DNA of 40,835 bases, taken from NCBI GenBank assembly GCA_045863235.1, contig BTUM01000072.1:1-40835 (forward strand), read 5' to 3'. Under the pieces are notes generated by a model. The model had not been told where the DNA came from and made no database searches. It saw nothing but the letters and a program-made list of their open reading frames with translations. The position numbers and the translations under genes are program-made. The stretch is from Candidatus Xenobia bacterium (GTDB lineage Bacteria > Vulcanimicrobiota > Xenobia > Xenobiales > QWHO01). Shown here piece after piece: positions 16,884-25,922 of this stretch (position 1 is its first letter; every line of letters begins with the position of its first letter).

Positions 16884-18239
16884 GGATGGCCATGGCCGTC
16901 GCCGAACTCGTAAGGGCGCCATTTGCGCAATCCCAAAACTGCCAGGAGGTCGGAATCATGGCGACGAGCAGCCGACAAGGCCCGAGAACCCTTAAGTCGG
17001 GCGAGAACCGGGGGATTTTCTGCAAAACCCTGAAGGACGGCCGTAAGGTTTGGTGGATTCGCTACGTCGGTGGGGACGGGAAGGAACGCCAGGAGAAGGC
17101 CGGCTTCAGCAAGGAGGCAGCGAGGGATCTTCGCAATATGCGCAAGACGGAGGTTCTGGAGGGCCGCTGGCGGCCCCCGGGGCTTCCCGAGGCGCCAACC
17201 ATCACGCAGGTAGTGGAGCGCTACGCGGAAAGCCGGAAGGCGCACGTATCAGAGAAGTCACGGGGAGAGGAGCAGCGATACCAGGAATACCGGGCTTTAC
17301 CCCGTCCTCGTAGCGACGTTTCGTTACCCACTCCCCGACAACGGCCGGGGTCAGTTCGTCGGCCCTGACGGGGCCGAAGGTAGCCTTCCAGTATTTAAAG
17401 CCCGGCACCATCATGCGCGCCCTAAACCACCTGCGGGCCCTGCTCAACTCCGCTCTCGAGGATGAATTCTTCGTGCCGACGCGCTCGGGCGAACCTAACC
17501 CCGTCACGGCTTACCTGACCAAGCAGCGCCGCCAGCGCGGCAAGGAGTCGGTCTTGAAGGTGAATGACCAGCGCAAGCGCTACCTGACGGAAGCAGAGTT
17601 TAGGCGCCTCCGGGACTACATGGCGCCAGGGGACTTCGCGGTAGTGGAGTTGGCGATCCTGACCGGCCTGCGCTCGAGCGAAATTTTCGAGTTACGGCGC
17701 CAAGATGTTGACTTACCCGCTTCCGTTCTCACCATTCCGAAGGGGAAGAGCGGGCGCGTCCACCACGTTCGGCTGGCGGGCCGGGCCGTAGAGATACTGC
17801 GCGATGCCATGGCCCAGCACGGGGGGGAGCTGATCTTTACCTGCGAGTTGGAGGCTACCGGCTTCGGGCCGCGTGGCTCCCACTCCCCAGGGGAGTTTCG
17901 CAAGGCTTCGAGCCTCTCCGTAAAGCACGCGTTCAAGAACCGCACGCCGCGGATGACCGCCAACTGGTTCAAGCGGCATCGTTTTCGGGCGGCGCTGAAG
18001 GCGCTTGGCATCGAGAACCTGCGCTTCCATGACCTTCGCCATACTTGCGCCAGCTGGTTGGTCCAGCAAGGCGAGACGATCCAGGAGGTCAGCCGTATCC
18101 TGGGGCACTCTACGACCCGGATGTCCGAGCGCTACGCCCACCTGAACGACCACAGCCAGCAGCGCGCGGTATCCCGGCTTGAGGCCAAGATGGCCAGCAT
18201 CCCCGGTGCGTCCCACGCCGGCCCGGAAGTAGTCCTGGA

Positions 18240-18275
18240 ATCGGGCGAAAATCGGGCGAATGGCGAAATCGGGCG
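18240..18275. repeat. Putative integrase arm-type sites (ATCGGGCG)
   Basis: Copies at 18240, 18251, 18268; same motif at the other end (3671, 3682; inverted 3607). Confidence 0.7.
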
Positions 18276-18301
18276 CCCGAAAGCGAGCCCGACCAGGAAG
18301 C

Positions 18302-18328
18302 AAAAAACCCCGCCGAAGCAGGGTTTTT
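18302..18328 (-). terminator. Terminator of the tRNA operon, carried by the element
   Basis: AAAAACCCUGC-UUCG-GCGGGGUUUUUU. Confidence 0.8.
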
Positions 18329-18331
18329 CTT

Positions 18332-18407
18332 TGGTGGAGCCGCACGGATTCGAACCGAGGACCTCCTCCGTGCAAGGGAGGCGCTCTCCCAGCTGAGCTA
18401 CGGCCCC
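18332..18407 (-). tRNA. tRNA-Ala(UGC)
   Basis: GGGGCCGTAGCTCAGCTGGGAGAGCG...CT-TGC-AC...TTCGAAT...CGGCTCCACCA; G3-U70 pair; encoded CCA. Confidence 0.97.
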
Positions 18408-18415
18408 ACGAGGTT

Positions 18416-18492
18416 TGGTGGGCTTATGTGGACTCGAACCACAGACCTCATCCTTATCAGGGATGCGCTCTAACCACCTGAGCTACAAGCCC
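18416..18492 (-). tRNA. tRNA-Ile(GAU)
   Basis: GGGCTTGTAGCTCAGGTGGTTAGAGCG...CT-GAT-AA...TTCGAGT...TAAGCCCACCA. Confidence 0.97.
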
Positions 18493-18505
18493 GCGAGCGA
18501 CGATT

Positions 18506-18535
18506 AGAGTAGCACACGCCGGCCCGGGTCGTCAA
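18506..18535 (-). promoter_or_regulatory. Sigma70-type promoter of the tRNA-Ile/Ala operon
   Basis: TTGACG-18 nt-TACTCT with TG extension, 13 nt upstream of tRNA-Ile. Confidence 0.65.
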
Positions 18536-18607
18536 TATTTTGGTACCGGGCGCAGGGATCCAGCGTCCGGTTACCAAATCCGCCCGCCCAGAAAGAGGTG
18601 ATGGCGG

Positions 18608-20110
18608 ATGGATACGATGGTTGAGCCGACAGTGGAGAAGTTTACCCGGGAGTTGTCCACCACCTTTCGGGATTTCGTCCTGATTCCGCGCTGCACGAGG
18701 CGCGAGACCGATATCCGCTCGGTGGAGCTGAGCGCCCGGCTGACCCACGATCTCACCCTGAATATCCCCTTCATGAGTGCGGCCATGGAGGCCGTGTCGG
18801 GCGACCGGCTGGCTATCGCGCTGGCTCAGTTGGGGGGCATCGCGGTGCTGCCGGCCGGCAACGTGGACCTGGAGACCCAGCTCGATTACCTGCGCAAGGT
18901 CAAGCGCTTCAAATCAGGGTTCGTCGACTCGGTGCATACCGTGGCCCCCTCCACCCTCATCAGGGAGCTGATCACGCTCGAGCAGCGTCTGGGCTTCTCC
19001 ACCTTCCCGGTGGTGGACCACACCCGCAAGCTGGTGGGACTGATCACCGAGAAGAAGTACCACCCCTCGCGCGATTCCGAGGTCACCGTGGGTGAGCGCA
19101 TGATCCCCCGCGACAAGCTGGTGGTGGGGCGCCACGGCATCAGTTTGAGCGAGGCCAACGACCTCATCTTCCAGTCCGGCATCGGGGTTCTGCCCATCGT
19201 GGATGACCAGGACCGCCTGGCCAGCGTGGTCTTCTTCCGCGACCTCAAGCACCACGTGATGTATCCCCACTCCTCACTGGACAAGAACAAGCGCCTGCGG
19301 GTGGCGGCGGCCATCTCTACCCATCCCGAGGACCGCGAGCGGGCCCGCCTGCTGGTGGACGAAGGGGCGGACGTGCTGGTGGTGGACGCTTCCGATGGAT
19401 TCTCCGACTTCATGCGCGAGACGCTGAAGGCGCTCAAGCCGCTGGGAGTTCCGGTGGTGGCCGGCAACGTGGTGGATGCCGATGGCTTCACCTTCCTGGC
19501 CGAGAGCGGGGCAGACGCGGTCAAGGTGGGCATCGGCTCGGGCTCGATCTGCACCACCCGGCGCGTCAAGGCCATCGGGCGCGGGCAGGCCACCGCAGTG
19601 CACCACTGCGCGATGGCCCGGGACGCCTTCGAGAAGCGCACCGGGCGCTACGTTCCGGTGATCACCGACGGCGGCATCGAGTCCACCGGCGATATGGCGA
19701 TCGCCCTGGCACTGGGAGCCGACCTTTTCATGATGGGCAAGTACTTCGCAGGCTTCGAGGAGAGCCCCACCCAGGCTTACTCCAAGCGCCTGCCGGTGCT
19801 CTTCTCGGGCCAGGCTGCCGAGGTCGACGTGACGGTCAAGCCTTACTGGGGCGAGGCCTCCCCCCGGGCCAAGAACGTCAAGCGATATCAACAGGACGAT
19901 CCCCGCACCTTCGTGGTGGAGGGCGAGGAAGGCTACGTGCTCTACAAGGGCAGCCTGAGCAAGCTCTTGCCTCGCGACCTGATGGCCCTCAAAGGCACCC
20001 TCTCCAGCTGCGGCTGCCAGAACCTGCGTGAGTTCTACCGCGACACCCGGGTCGAGCGCCAGTCGCTCGAGTCGCTGCGCGAGGGTAGCACCAACGTGTT
20101 CCGGACCTAG
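18608..20110 (+). CDS. guaB: IMP dehydrogenase with CBS pair
   Basis: [33 protein letters not shown] (catalytic Cys), DGGI, MMGKYFA. Confidence 0.92.
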   Translation: MDTMVEPTVEKFTRELSTTFRDFVLIPRCTRRETDIRSVELSARLTHDLTLNIPFMSAAMEAVSGDRLAIALAQLGGIAVLPAGNVDLETQLDYLRKVKRFKSGFVDSVHTVAPSTLIRELITLEQRLGFSTFPVVDHTRKLVGLITEKKYHPSRDSEVTVGERMIPRDKLVVGRHGISLSEANDLIFQSGIGVLPIVDDQDRLASVVFFRDLKHHVMYPHSSLDKNKRLRVAAAISTHPEDRERARLLVDEGADVLVVDASDGFSDFMRETLKALKPLGVPVVAGNVVDADGFTFLAESGADAVKVGIGSGSICTTRRVKAIGRGQATAVHHCAMARDAFEKRTGRYVPVITDGGIESTGDMAIALALGADLFMMGKYFAGFEESPTQAYSKRLPVLFSGQAAEVDVTVKPYWGEASPRAKNVKRYQQDDPRTFVVEGEEGYVLYKGSLSKLLPRDLMALKGTLSSCGCQNLREFYRDTRVERQSLESLREGSTNVFRT

Positions 20111-20114
20111 CCCT

Positions 20115-20810
20115 ATGAAGTCCAGCGACATCCAGGAGATCATCGGGCTCTATTTCAAGCCCCACCCCTGGCACGGCATCACGCCGGGCCCCGAGGCGCC
20201 CCAGAAGGTGCAGGCTTACATCGAGATCGTGCCCACCGACGCGGTGAAGTTCGAGATCGACAAGCCCAGCGGCATCCTGCGCCTGGATCGCCCCCAGCGC
20301 TTCTCCAGCTTCAGTCCCTCGCTCTACGGCTTCGTGCCGCGCACTTACTGTGGTCCCAAGGTCGCCGCCTACTCGGGTGATCGCACCGCTCGCGACGGCA
20401 TCGTGGGGGACGGCGACCCGCTCGACATCTGCGTGCTGACCGAAAAGACCATCATGCGGGGCGACTTCCTGGTCAACGCGCTGCCCATCGGGGGGCTACG
20501 CTTGCTCGATCAAGACCAGGCCGACGACAAGATCATCGCCGTGCTCGAGGGCGATGTCATTTTTGGCGGCATCACCGACATCAGCGGACTGCAGGAGCAG
20601 TGGGTGGAGCGGTTGGTGCACTATTTCCTCAGCTACAAGGACCTCCCAGGCGAGGCGGCCCGCACCCGCCCGCGCAAAGTGGAGTGCGAGGCCGTCTTTG
20701 GCCGCCGCGAGGCGCTCAAGGTGATCGAGCTTTCCATGGAGGATTATCGCGACCGATTCGGCGACCCCGACCGCCGACTCGAGAATCTGTTCAAGGAGCT
20801 TTCTCGATGA
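20115..20810 (+). CDS. ppa: Family I inorganic pyrophosphatase
   Basis: HPWHG, KFEIDK, YGFVPRT, GDGDPLDI, DDKIIAV, YFLSYK. Confidence 0.93.
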   Translation: MKSSDIQEIIGLYFKPHPWHGITPGPEAPQKVQAYIEIVPTDAVKFEIDKPSGILRLDRPQRFSSFSPSLYGFVPRTYCGPKVAAYSGDRTARDGIVGDGDPLDICVLTEKTIMRGDFLVNALPIGGLRLLDQDQADDKIIAVLEGDVIFGGITDISGLQEQWVERLVHYFLSYKDLPGEAARTRPRKVECEAVFGRREALKVIELSMEDYRDRFGDPDRRLENLFKELSR

Positions 20811-22216
20811 TACGCGCGGCAAGTTATCTGGTGGTGGGCGGTCAATTCGGCGACGAGGGCAAGGGCAAGATCGTCGACCTGGTGGTGCAAGAGGGCGGCG
20901 TGGACGTGGTGGTGCGCTACAACGGCGGCGCCAACGCGGGCCATACCATCGTGCTCGACCAGGGTAAGTATCCCCTGCACCTATTGCCCTCAGGCATCTT
21001 GCACCCCGAAGTGATGAACCTGATCACCGCCGGCGTGGTGGTGGATCCGCTGCACCTGGTCAAGGAGATCCAGAACCTCCAGGGGCGCGGCTTTTCGTGC
21101 GAGAACCTGCGCATCTCCGACCGGGCCCACCTGGTGATGCCCTGGCACAAGAGCATCGACGCTCACCTGGGCGGGCGCATCGGCACCACCGCGCGGGGCA
21201 TCGGGCCCTGCTACGAAGACCGGGCCAGCCGGCGGGGCCTGCGCATGGGTGACCTGGTGGACGAGGCCGGCCAGATCGACAAGGACCATTTCGCCCGCCG
21301 CGTTCGCGAAACGGTGGAAGACAAGAATGCCATCCTGACCAAAGTGTACGGCCTGGGCCCGCTCGACCCCGACCAGATCCTGCAAGACTACTTCGAGGCC
21401 GCCGAGCTGTTGAAGGGCCAGGTGACCGATACGGCCGACCTGCTCGAGCAGTACACCCGCGAGGGCAAGTGCGTGCTCTTCGAGGGGGCTCAGGGCGCCT
21501 TGCTGGACGTGGACTGGGGCACCTACCCCTACGTGACCTCCTCCTCGGTCAGCCTGCCCGGCTGCCTTCTGGGCAGCGGCGTGTTCGTGGTGCCCGAGCT
21601 TCGCATGGGCGTGGTGAAGGCCTACGCCACCCGGGTGGGCGAGGGACCCTTTCCCACCGAGCTGGGCGAGTACGGAGCCATCAAGGAGCGGGACACGTTC
21701 AATCCCGAGGTCGGGCCGCCCGAGTTCACCGCCGCCGAGCGCTCGGCCGCGCTGGACGGCGACGACTACTGCATGGGGCGCTGGCTCCGCCTGGTGGGAG
21801 CCGAGTTCGGCACCACCACCGGTCGCCCGCGCCGCTGCGGCTGGCTCGACCTGGTAGCGGTGCGCCAGGCGGTGCGCATGTCGGGGCTGAACGCCCTGGT
21901 GCTGACCAAGCTCGACATCCTGGACGGCATCCCAAAGCTCAAACTGGCCGTGGCCTACGAGCGCGGCGGCAAGCAAACCCGCACCTTCCCGGCTCGCGCC
22001 CATCATCTGGACCAGTACACCCCGGTGTACGAGGAGCTGCCAGGCTGGGAGACGCTGAACGGGGCCGGCTCCTTCGAAGAGCTGCCCACCGAAGCCCAGC
22101 GCTACATCAGGCGCATCGAAGAGTATGTCGGCATACCCGTCAGGGTGCTTTCGGTGGGGAGCCATCGCTCCCAGAGCCTGTTTTTGCCGGACCGGGCGGT
22201 GACGGCGAAGCACTGA
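20807..22216 (+). CDS. purA: Adenylosuccinate synthetase
   Basis: GGQFGDEGKGK, GGANAGHT, EGAQGALLD.DWGTYPYVTSS, GTTTGRPRRCGWLD, TKLD; ATGA coupling to ppa. Confidence 0.97.
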   Translation: MIRAASYLVVGGQFGDEGKGKIVDLVVQEGGVDVVVRYNGGANAGHTIVLDQGKYPLHLLPSGILHPEVMNLITAGVVVDPLHLVKEIQNLQGRGFSCENLRISDRAHLVMPWHKSIDAHLGGRIGTTARGIGPCYEDRASRRGLRMGDLVDEAGQIDKDHFARRVRETVEDKNAILTKVYGLGPLDPDQILQDYFEAAELLKGQVTDTADLLEQYTREGKCVLFEGAQGALLDVDWGTYPYVTSSSVSLPGCLLGSGVFVVPELRMGVVKAYATRVGEGPFPTELGEYGAIKERDTFNPEVGPPEFTAAERSAALDGDDYCMGRWLRLVGAEFGTTTGRPRRCGWLDLVAVRQAVRMSGLNALVLTKLDILDGIPKLKLAVAYERGGKQTRTFPARAHHLDQYTPVYEELPGWETLNGAGSFEELPTEAQRYIRRIEEYVGIPVRVLSVGSHRSQSLFLPDRAVTAKH

Positions 22217-22760
22217 CGTCAGGGGATGGCGAGGGGACGAAGTCGGGCGCGCGCCTCTTCAGGGGGGGCGGCTTCACGTTGATGTGGTTGAGTCGCCAAC
22301 CGCCCGGCTCGAGCTCGAGCTCGGCCTCGTAGCCTCCGGTGGTTCCGTCCTGGTAGCCCAGGCTGCCCTTGAGGATCATCATGCGCACGGGCTGATCCTC
22401 CTCCTGGCGCGTAAAGAGCTCCCAGGAGGTCGAGCGCGAGCTGAAGGGCTGATAGTAGCTGAAGGTGTGAAACCGGTCGGGATCGTCGATCATGGCCTGC
22501 AGGTCCTCGCGGCTCACCTGCTCGCGCGTGCGGGTGGAAAAGAGCCAGAAGGCCTCGTTCACGCGACGAAACGAAAGGCTACGCACCACCCTCTCCACTA
22601 CCGTCTCGGCCTTGCGCTTCTGGTACTCGGCCTCCAGGCGGCGAGCACCGTAAATTCCCAGCCCCAACAGAAAGGCCAGCCCTATCCAGAGGAAAATGGC
22701 TCGCGGAGCCCGGGTCTTTTTTGTCTCCAGGGCCTTGCGGCCCAGGCGCTTGCCGCCCAT
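22140..22760 (-). CDS. Hypothetical single-pass membrane protein with Pro/Ser tail
   Basis: Basic N-terminus, TM segment IFLWIGLAFLLGLGIYG; convergent overlap with the purA 3' end. Confidence 0.7.
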   Translation of the reverse strand: MGGKRLGRKALETKKTRAPRAIFLWIGLAFLLGLGIYGARRLEAEYQKRKAETVVERVVRSLSFRRVNEAFWLFSTRTREQVSREDLQAMIDDPDRFHTFSYYQPFSSRSTSWELFTRQEEDQPVRMMILKGSLGYQDGTTGGYEAELELEPGGWRLNHINVKPPPLKRRAPDFVPSPSPDVSASPSPPGPAKTGSGSDGSPPKAP

Positions 22761-22892
22761 CGTTTCGAACGCTTCGACGGCAGGCGTTTGGTGCCCTGGC
22801 GCGAAGAACCGCCCGCCAATCCTCGGGAGGGCACACATCTTTGACTGGACCGGCCCGCTGTGGCCGCTCCCTCAGAACGCTGGAGAAACCGG

Positions 22893-24170
22893 ATGGATAC
22901 CACCATGACCCGCCTCGACTCCCCCACCGCCATCGAGCTCGATGAGCGCCACAACGCCCACAACTACCACCCCCTGCCGGTGGTGCTGAGCCGGGCCGAG
23001 GGCATCTACATGTGGAGCCCGGAGGGCACGCGCTACATCGACTGTCTCTCGGCTTACTCGGCGGTGAATCAGGGACACTGCCATCCACGTATCGTCAAGG
23101 CCCTCACCGACCAGGCTTCGCGCCTGACGCTGACCTCGCGCGCGTTCTATTCCGACATCCTGGGCGAGTACTGTCGCTACGTCACGGAATACTTCGGCTA
23201 TGACCGGGTGCTGCCCATGAACACCGGCGTGGAGGGGGGCGAGACCGCCTGCAAGTTGGCCCGTCGCTGGGGCTACCTGCACAAGGGCATCGCCGACAAC
23301 CAGGCCCGCATCGTGTTCGTGGAGGGCAACTTCTGGGGCCGCACGCTGGCGGCCATCTCCACCTCCACCGACCCGGTCTGCCACGACGGCTTCGGTCCCT
23401 ATATGCCGGGCTTCGACGTCATCCCTTACGACGATCTCCAGGCCCTGGACAAGGCGCTGTCCAATCCCCAGGTGGCCGGCTTCATGTTCGAGCCCATCCA
23501 GGGAGAGGCCGGCGTGATGGTACCGAAGGACGGCTACCTCAAGGGCGTGCGCGATCTCTGCACCAAGCACAAGGTCTTGATGATCGCCGACGAGATCCAG
23601 ACGGGCCTGTGCCGCACCGGCAAGATGCTCTGCTGCGACCACGAGAACGTTCGGCCCGACATCCTCATCCTGGGCAAGGCACTTTCGGGCGGGGTGCTGC
23701 CGGTTTCGGCCGTGCTCAGCTCAGACGAGGTCATTCTGGGGATCAAGCCGGGCGAGCACGGGTCCACTTACGGCGGCAACCCGCTGGCCTGCGCTGTGGC
23801 CATGGAGGCCCTGCAAGTGCTCAAGGACGAGAACCTGGCCGAGAACGCCGAGAAGATGGGCCAGATCTTCCGCCAGGGCCTGCGCTCGCTGAGCTATCCC
23901 TGGATCACCCAGGTGCGCGGCAAGGGGCTGCTCAACGCGGTGGAGATCGACCACGACGCCGGAGTGCACGCCTGGGACGTCTGCCTGGCCCTCAAGGAAA
24001 ACGGCCTGCTGGCCAAGCCCACCCACGATTGCATCATCCGCCTGGCCCCGCCGCTGGTAGCCAGCGAAGCCCAGATCAACGAGATGATCGCCATCATCCA
24101 CAAGACCTTCGAGGACATCAACGTTCTGGGGGGCCGGCTGGCCACCCAACCGCTGGGGGGAGATGACTGA
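22893..24170 (+). CDS. rocD: Ornithine--oxo-acid aminotransferase
   Basis: [69 protein letters not shown]. Confidence 0.96.
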   Translation: MDTTMTRLDSPTAIELDERHNAHNYHPLPVVLSRAEGIYMWSPEGTRYIDCLSAYSAVNQGHCHPRIVKALTDQASRLTLTSRAFYSDILGEYCRYVTEYFGYDRVLPMNTGVEGGETACKLARRWGYLHKGIADNQARIVFVEGNFWGRTLAAISTSTDPVCHDGFGPYMPGFDVIPYDDLQALDKALSNPQVAGFMFEPIQGEAGVMVPKDGYLKGVRDLCTKHKVLMIADEIQTGLCRTGKMLCCDHENVRPDILILGKALSGGVLPVSAVLSSDEVILGIKPGEHGSTYGGNPLACAVAMEALQVLKDENLAENAEKMGQIFRQGLRSLSYPWITQVRGKGLLNAVEIDHDAGVHAWDVCLALKENGLLAKPTHDCIIRLAPPLVASEAQINEMIAIIHKTFEDINVLGGRLATQPLGGDD

Positions 24171-24173
24171 GCC

Positions 24174-25895
24174 ATGCAAGAGCAAGCGTTGACGGTCGAG
24201 CAACGACTCGAGAAAGCCCGCATGCTGGTGGACAAGGGCAAGAACCGTAAAGCCCTGGTCCTCTACGACGAGATCCTGGCCGAGGGACCTCCCCAGGCCG
24301 CCGTGCTCTCCGCCCGGGCCGTGGTGCTGGACCGGCTGCGCCGAAGCCGCGAAGCCCTGGAGCAGGCCCGCCAGGCCGTGGAGATGGCTCCCGATGATAT
24401 CACCGCCCGCCAGCGCCTGGGCTGGCTCTTGCTGGGCCGAAACGAGCACGAGCAGGCCCTGGCCGTCTTCACCGCCCTGCCCGAGTCGCTGGCTTCCCAG
24501 GTGGGCAAGGCGGCCTCCCTGCTGGGCCTGGGCCGCTTCGCCGAGGTCGAGCTGATGAGCCCCGGCATTCTGGCCCACAAGTGCTCGACCGTGGAGGAGT
24601 TTTCCGACCGGGGCATCTTCCTGCAGCTCCTGGGTCGGCTGGGCGAGGCGCTGGACGCTTTCGAGGAAGCCGCCGAGCTGGGCCCCAAGAACGCCATGGT
24701 GCGTCTGCGCCTGGCCGAGATCCACGGCATCCTGGGCAACGTCAAAGCCCTGGGACGGTGCTGCGATGACGCGCTGGCCATCAATCCTCGCTTCGTGGAG
24801 GCCTACACGCTCAAGGCCCGCACCTACTCGGGGCAGGGCGAGGTGCGCCGCTCGGACGAGATGAGCCTCAAGGCCCTCAAAGCCGACCCCGAGTCGGGCG
24901 AGGCGTGGCGCACCCGAGCCGTGGTGCTGTCGGGCTTCGGACGCCTGGAGGAAGCGTTGCAGGCGGTCGACAAGGGTCTCGAGCTCGAGCCCGAGTGGGC
25001 CAGCTTGATCTATGATCGAGCCGTCATCCTGGCGGCTTTGAACCGCCATGCCGAGGCGGCCCCCATCCTGGAGCGCCTGCTCGAGACCGATTCGCGCGAG
25101 GTGGCCATCTACCACAGCCTGGGGGCCACCTACCTGAACCTGGGCCAGGGCGAGAAGGCGCTGGACATCTACCGCCAGGCCGAGAAGCTGTTCCCCCTCG
25201 ATCCCCACGCCGCCCCCAACCAGATGCGCGTGCTGGCCATGATGAACAAGGTCGAGGAGGCCTGCGAGCTGGGCCGGGCCGCCTTCCCCAACCAGACCGA
25301 GAACCCCGGCTTTCTCGAGCTCTACGGCCAGCTCTTGCTCAGGCAGCGCAACTTCGAGGAGGCCCTGCCGGTGTTCGAGCAGCTCACCCGCCTGGTGCCC
25401 CACCACTTCGTGGCCTGGAGCAACCGGGGCAGCGTGTTGTATGAGCTCAAGCGCTTCCAGGAGGGGCTGGGATGCCAGAACAAGTCCATCCAGCTCAACC
25501 CCCACCATCCCATGCCCTGGGCCAACCAGGGCACCGTGCTGCAAGCTCTGGAGCGCTACGAGGAGGCGCTCAACAGCTTCGATCAGGCCTTGCTGCGCGC
25601 TCCTAACGACCCGCGCATCAAGGAGCTGCGGGCTCGCTGCCTGCAGGCTCAGGGCCACCAACCCCCCGAGGAGGAGGGCGAAAGCACCTGGCTGGTGCAC
25701 CTGGTGGACAGGGAAGGCGAGCACATGGTGGACCTGCACCAGGGCAGCTACACCGGTCGCTTGAGCGGCGACGAGGTGCTGCAGCGCTACTTCCAGGAGC
25801 TGCGCGAGAAGGGCCATACGGTGGACATGGAGCGAGGCGTCGTGGACGGCGAGTTCAAGGCCGTGGTGGGCAAGCTCGAGACCAGCCCCACCTGA
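24174..25895 (+). CDS. Tetratricopeptide repeat protein
   Basis: Many 34-aa TPR units, e.g. AWSNRGSVLYELKRFQEGLGCQNKSIQLNPHHPM. Confidence 0.9.
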   Translation: MQEQALTVEQRLEKARMLVDKGKNRKALVLYDEILAEGPPQAAVLSARAVVLDRLRRSREALEQARQAVEMAPDDITARQRLGWLLLGRNEHEQALAVFTALPESLASQVGKAASLLGLGRFAEVELMSPGILAHKCSTVEEFSDRGIFLQLLGRLGEALDAFEEAAELGPKNAMVRLRLAEIHGILGNVKALGRCCDDALAINPRFVEAYTLKARTYSGQGEVRRSDEMSLKALKADPESGEAWRTRAVVLSGFGRLEEALQAVDKGLELEPEWASLIYDRAVILAALNRHAEAAPILERLLETDSREVAIYHSLGATYLNLGQGEKALDIYRQAEKLFPLDPHAAPNQMRVLAMMNKVEEACELGRAAFPNQTENPGFLELYGQLLLRQRNFEEALPVFEQLTRLVPHHFVAWSNRGSVLYELKRFQEGLGCQNKSIQLNPHHPMPWANQGTVLQALERYEEALNSFDQALLRAPNDPRIKELRARCLQAQGHQPPEEEGESTWLVHLVDREGEHMVDLHQGSYTGRLSGDEVLQRYFQELREKGHTVDMERGVVDGEFKAVVGKLETSPT

Positions 25896-25922
25896 GAATC
25901 GGGCTCTGGCGCCGGGGCCTCC

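Larger units (their letters stand above)
3504..18377. mobile_element. Integrated phage-satellite-like element (predicted 14,827-bp circle) in tRNA-Ala(UGC)
   Basis: 47-bp terminal direct repeats, integrase adjacent to the tRNA, xis, primase-ATPase, iterons, prohead protease and tape measure genes. Confidence 0.92.
16958..18396 (+). pseudogene. int: Tyrosine recombinase/integrase interrupted by an internal inversion (17291-17395)
   Basis: GGAGGT RBS before ATG 16958; arm-binding-like N-terminus (VWWIRY..DGKERQEKAG.SKEAA); catalytic motifs TGLRSSE, KSG, FHDLRHT, LGHS, RYAHL intact in 17413-18396; the missing middle is on the minus strand. Confidence 0.92.

Noticed and set aside
17291..17395. 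Recombinase-driven phase-variable invertible switch in int
   Set aside because: Re-inversion through either short inverted repeat leaves a 14-bp insertion and a frameshift
3504..18377. Complete prophage, ICE or tailocin
   Set aside because: No recognisable capsid, portal, terminase, lysis, conjugation, tube, sheath or baseplate genes
23721..25817. Long antisense ORFs (also 15323-16633, 27212-28789, 35217-37157, 37652-39346)
   Set aside because: Typical high-GC shadow frames opposite well-supported genes
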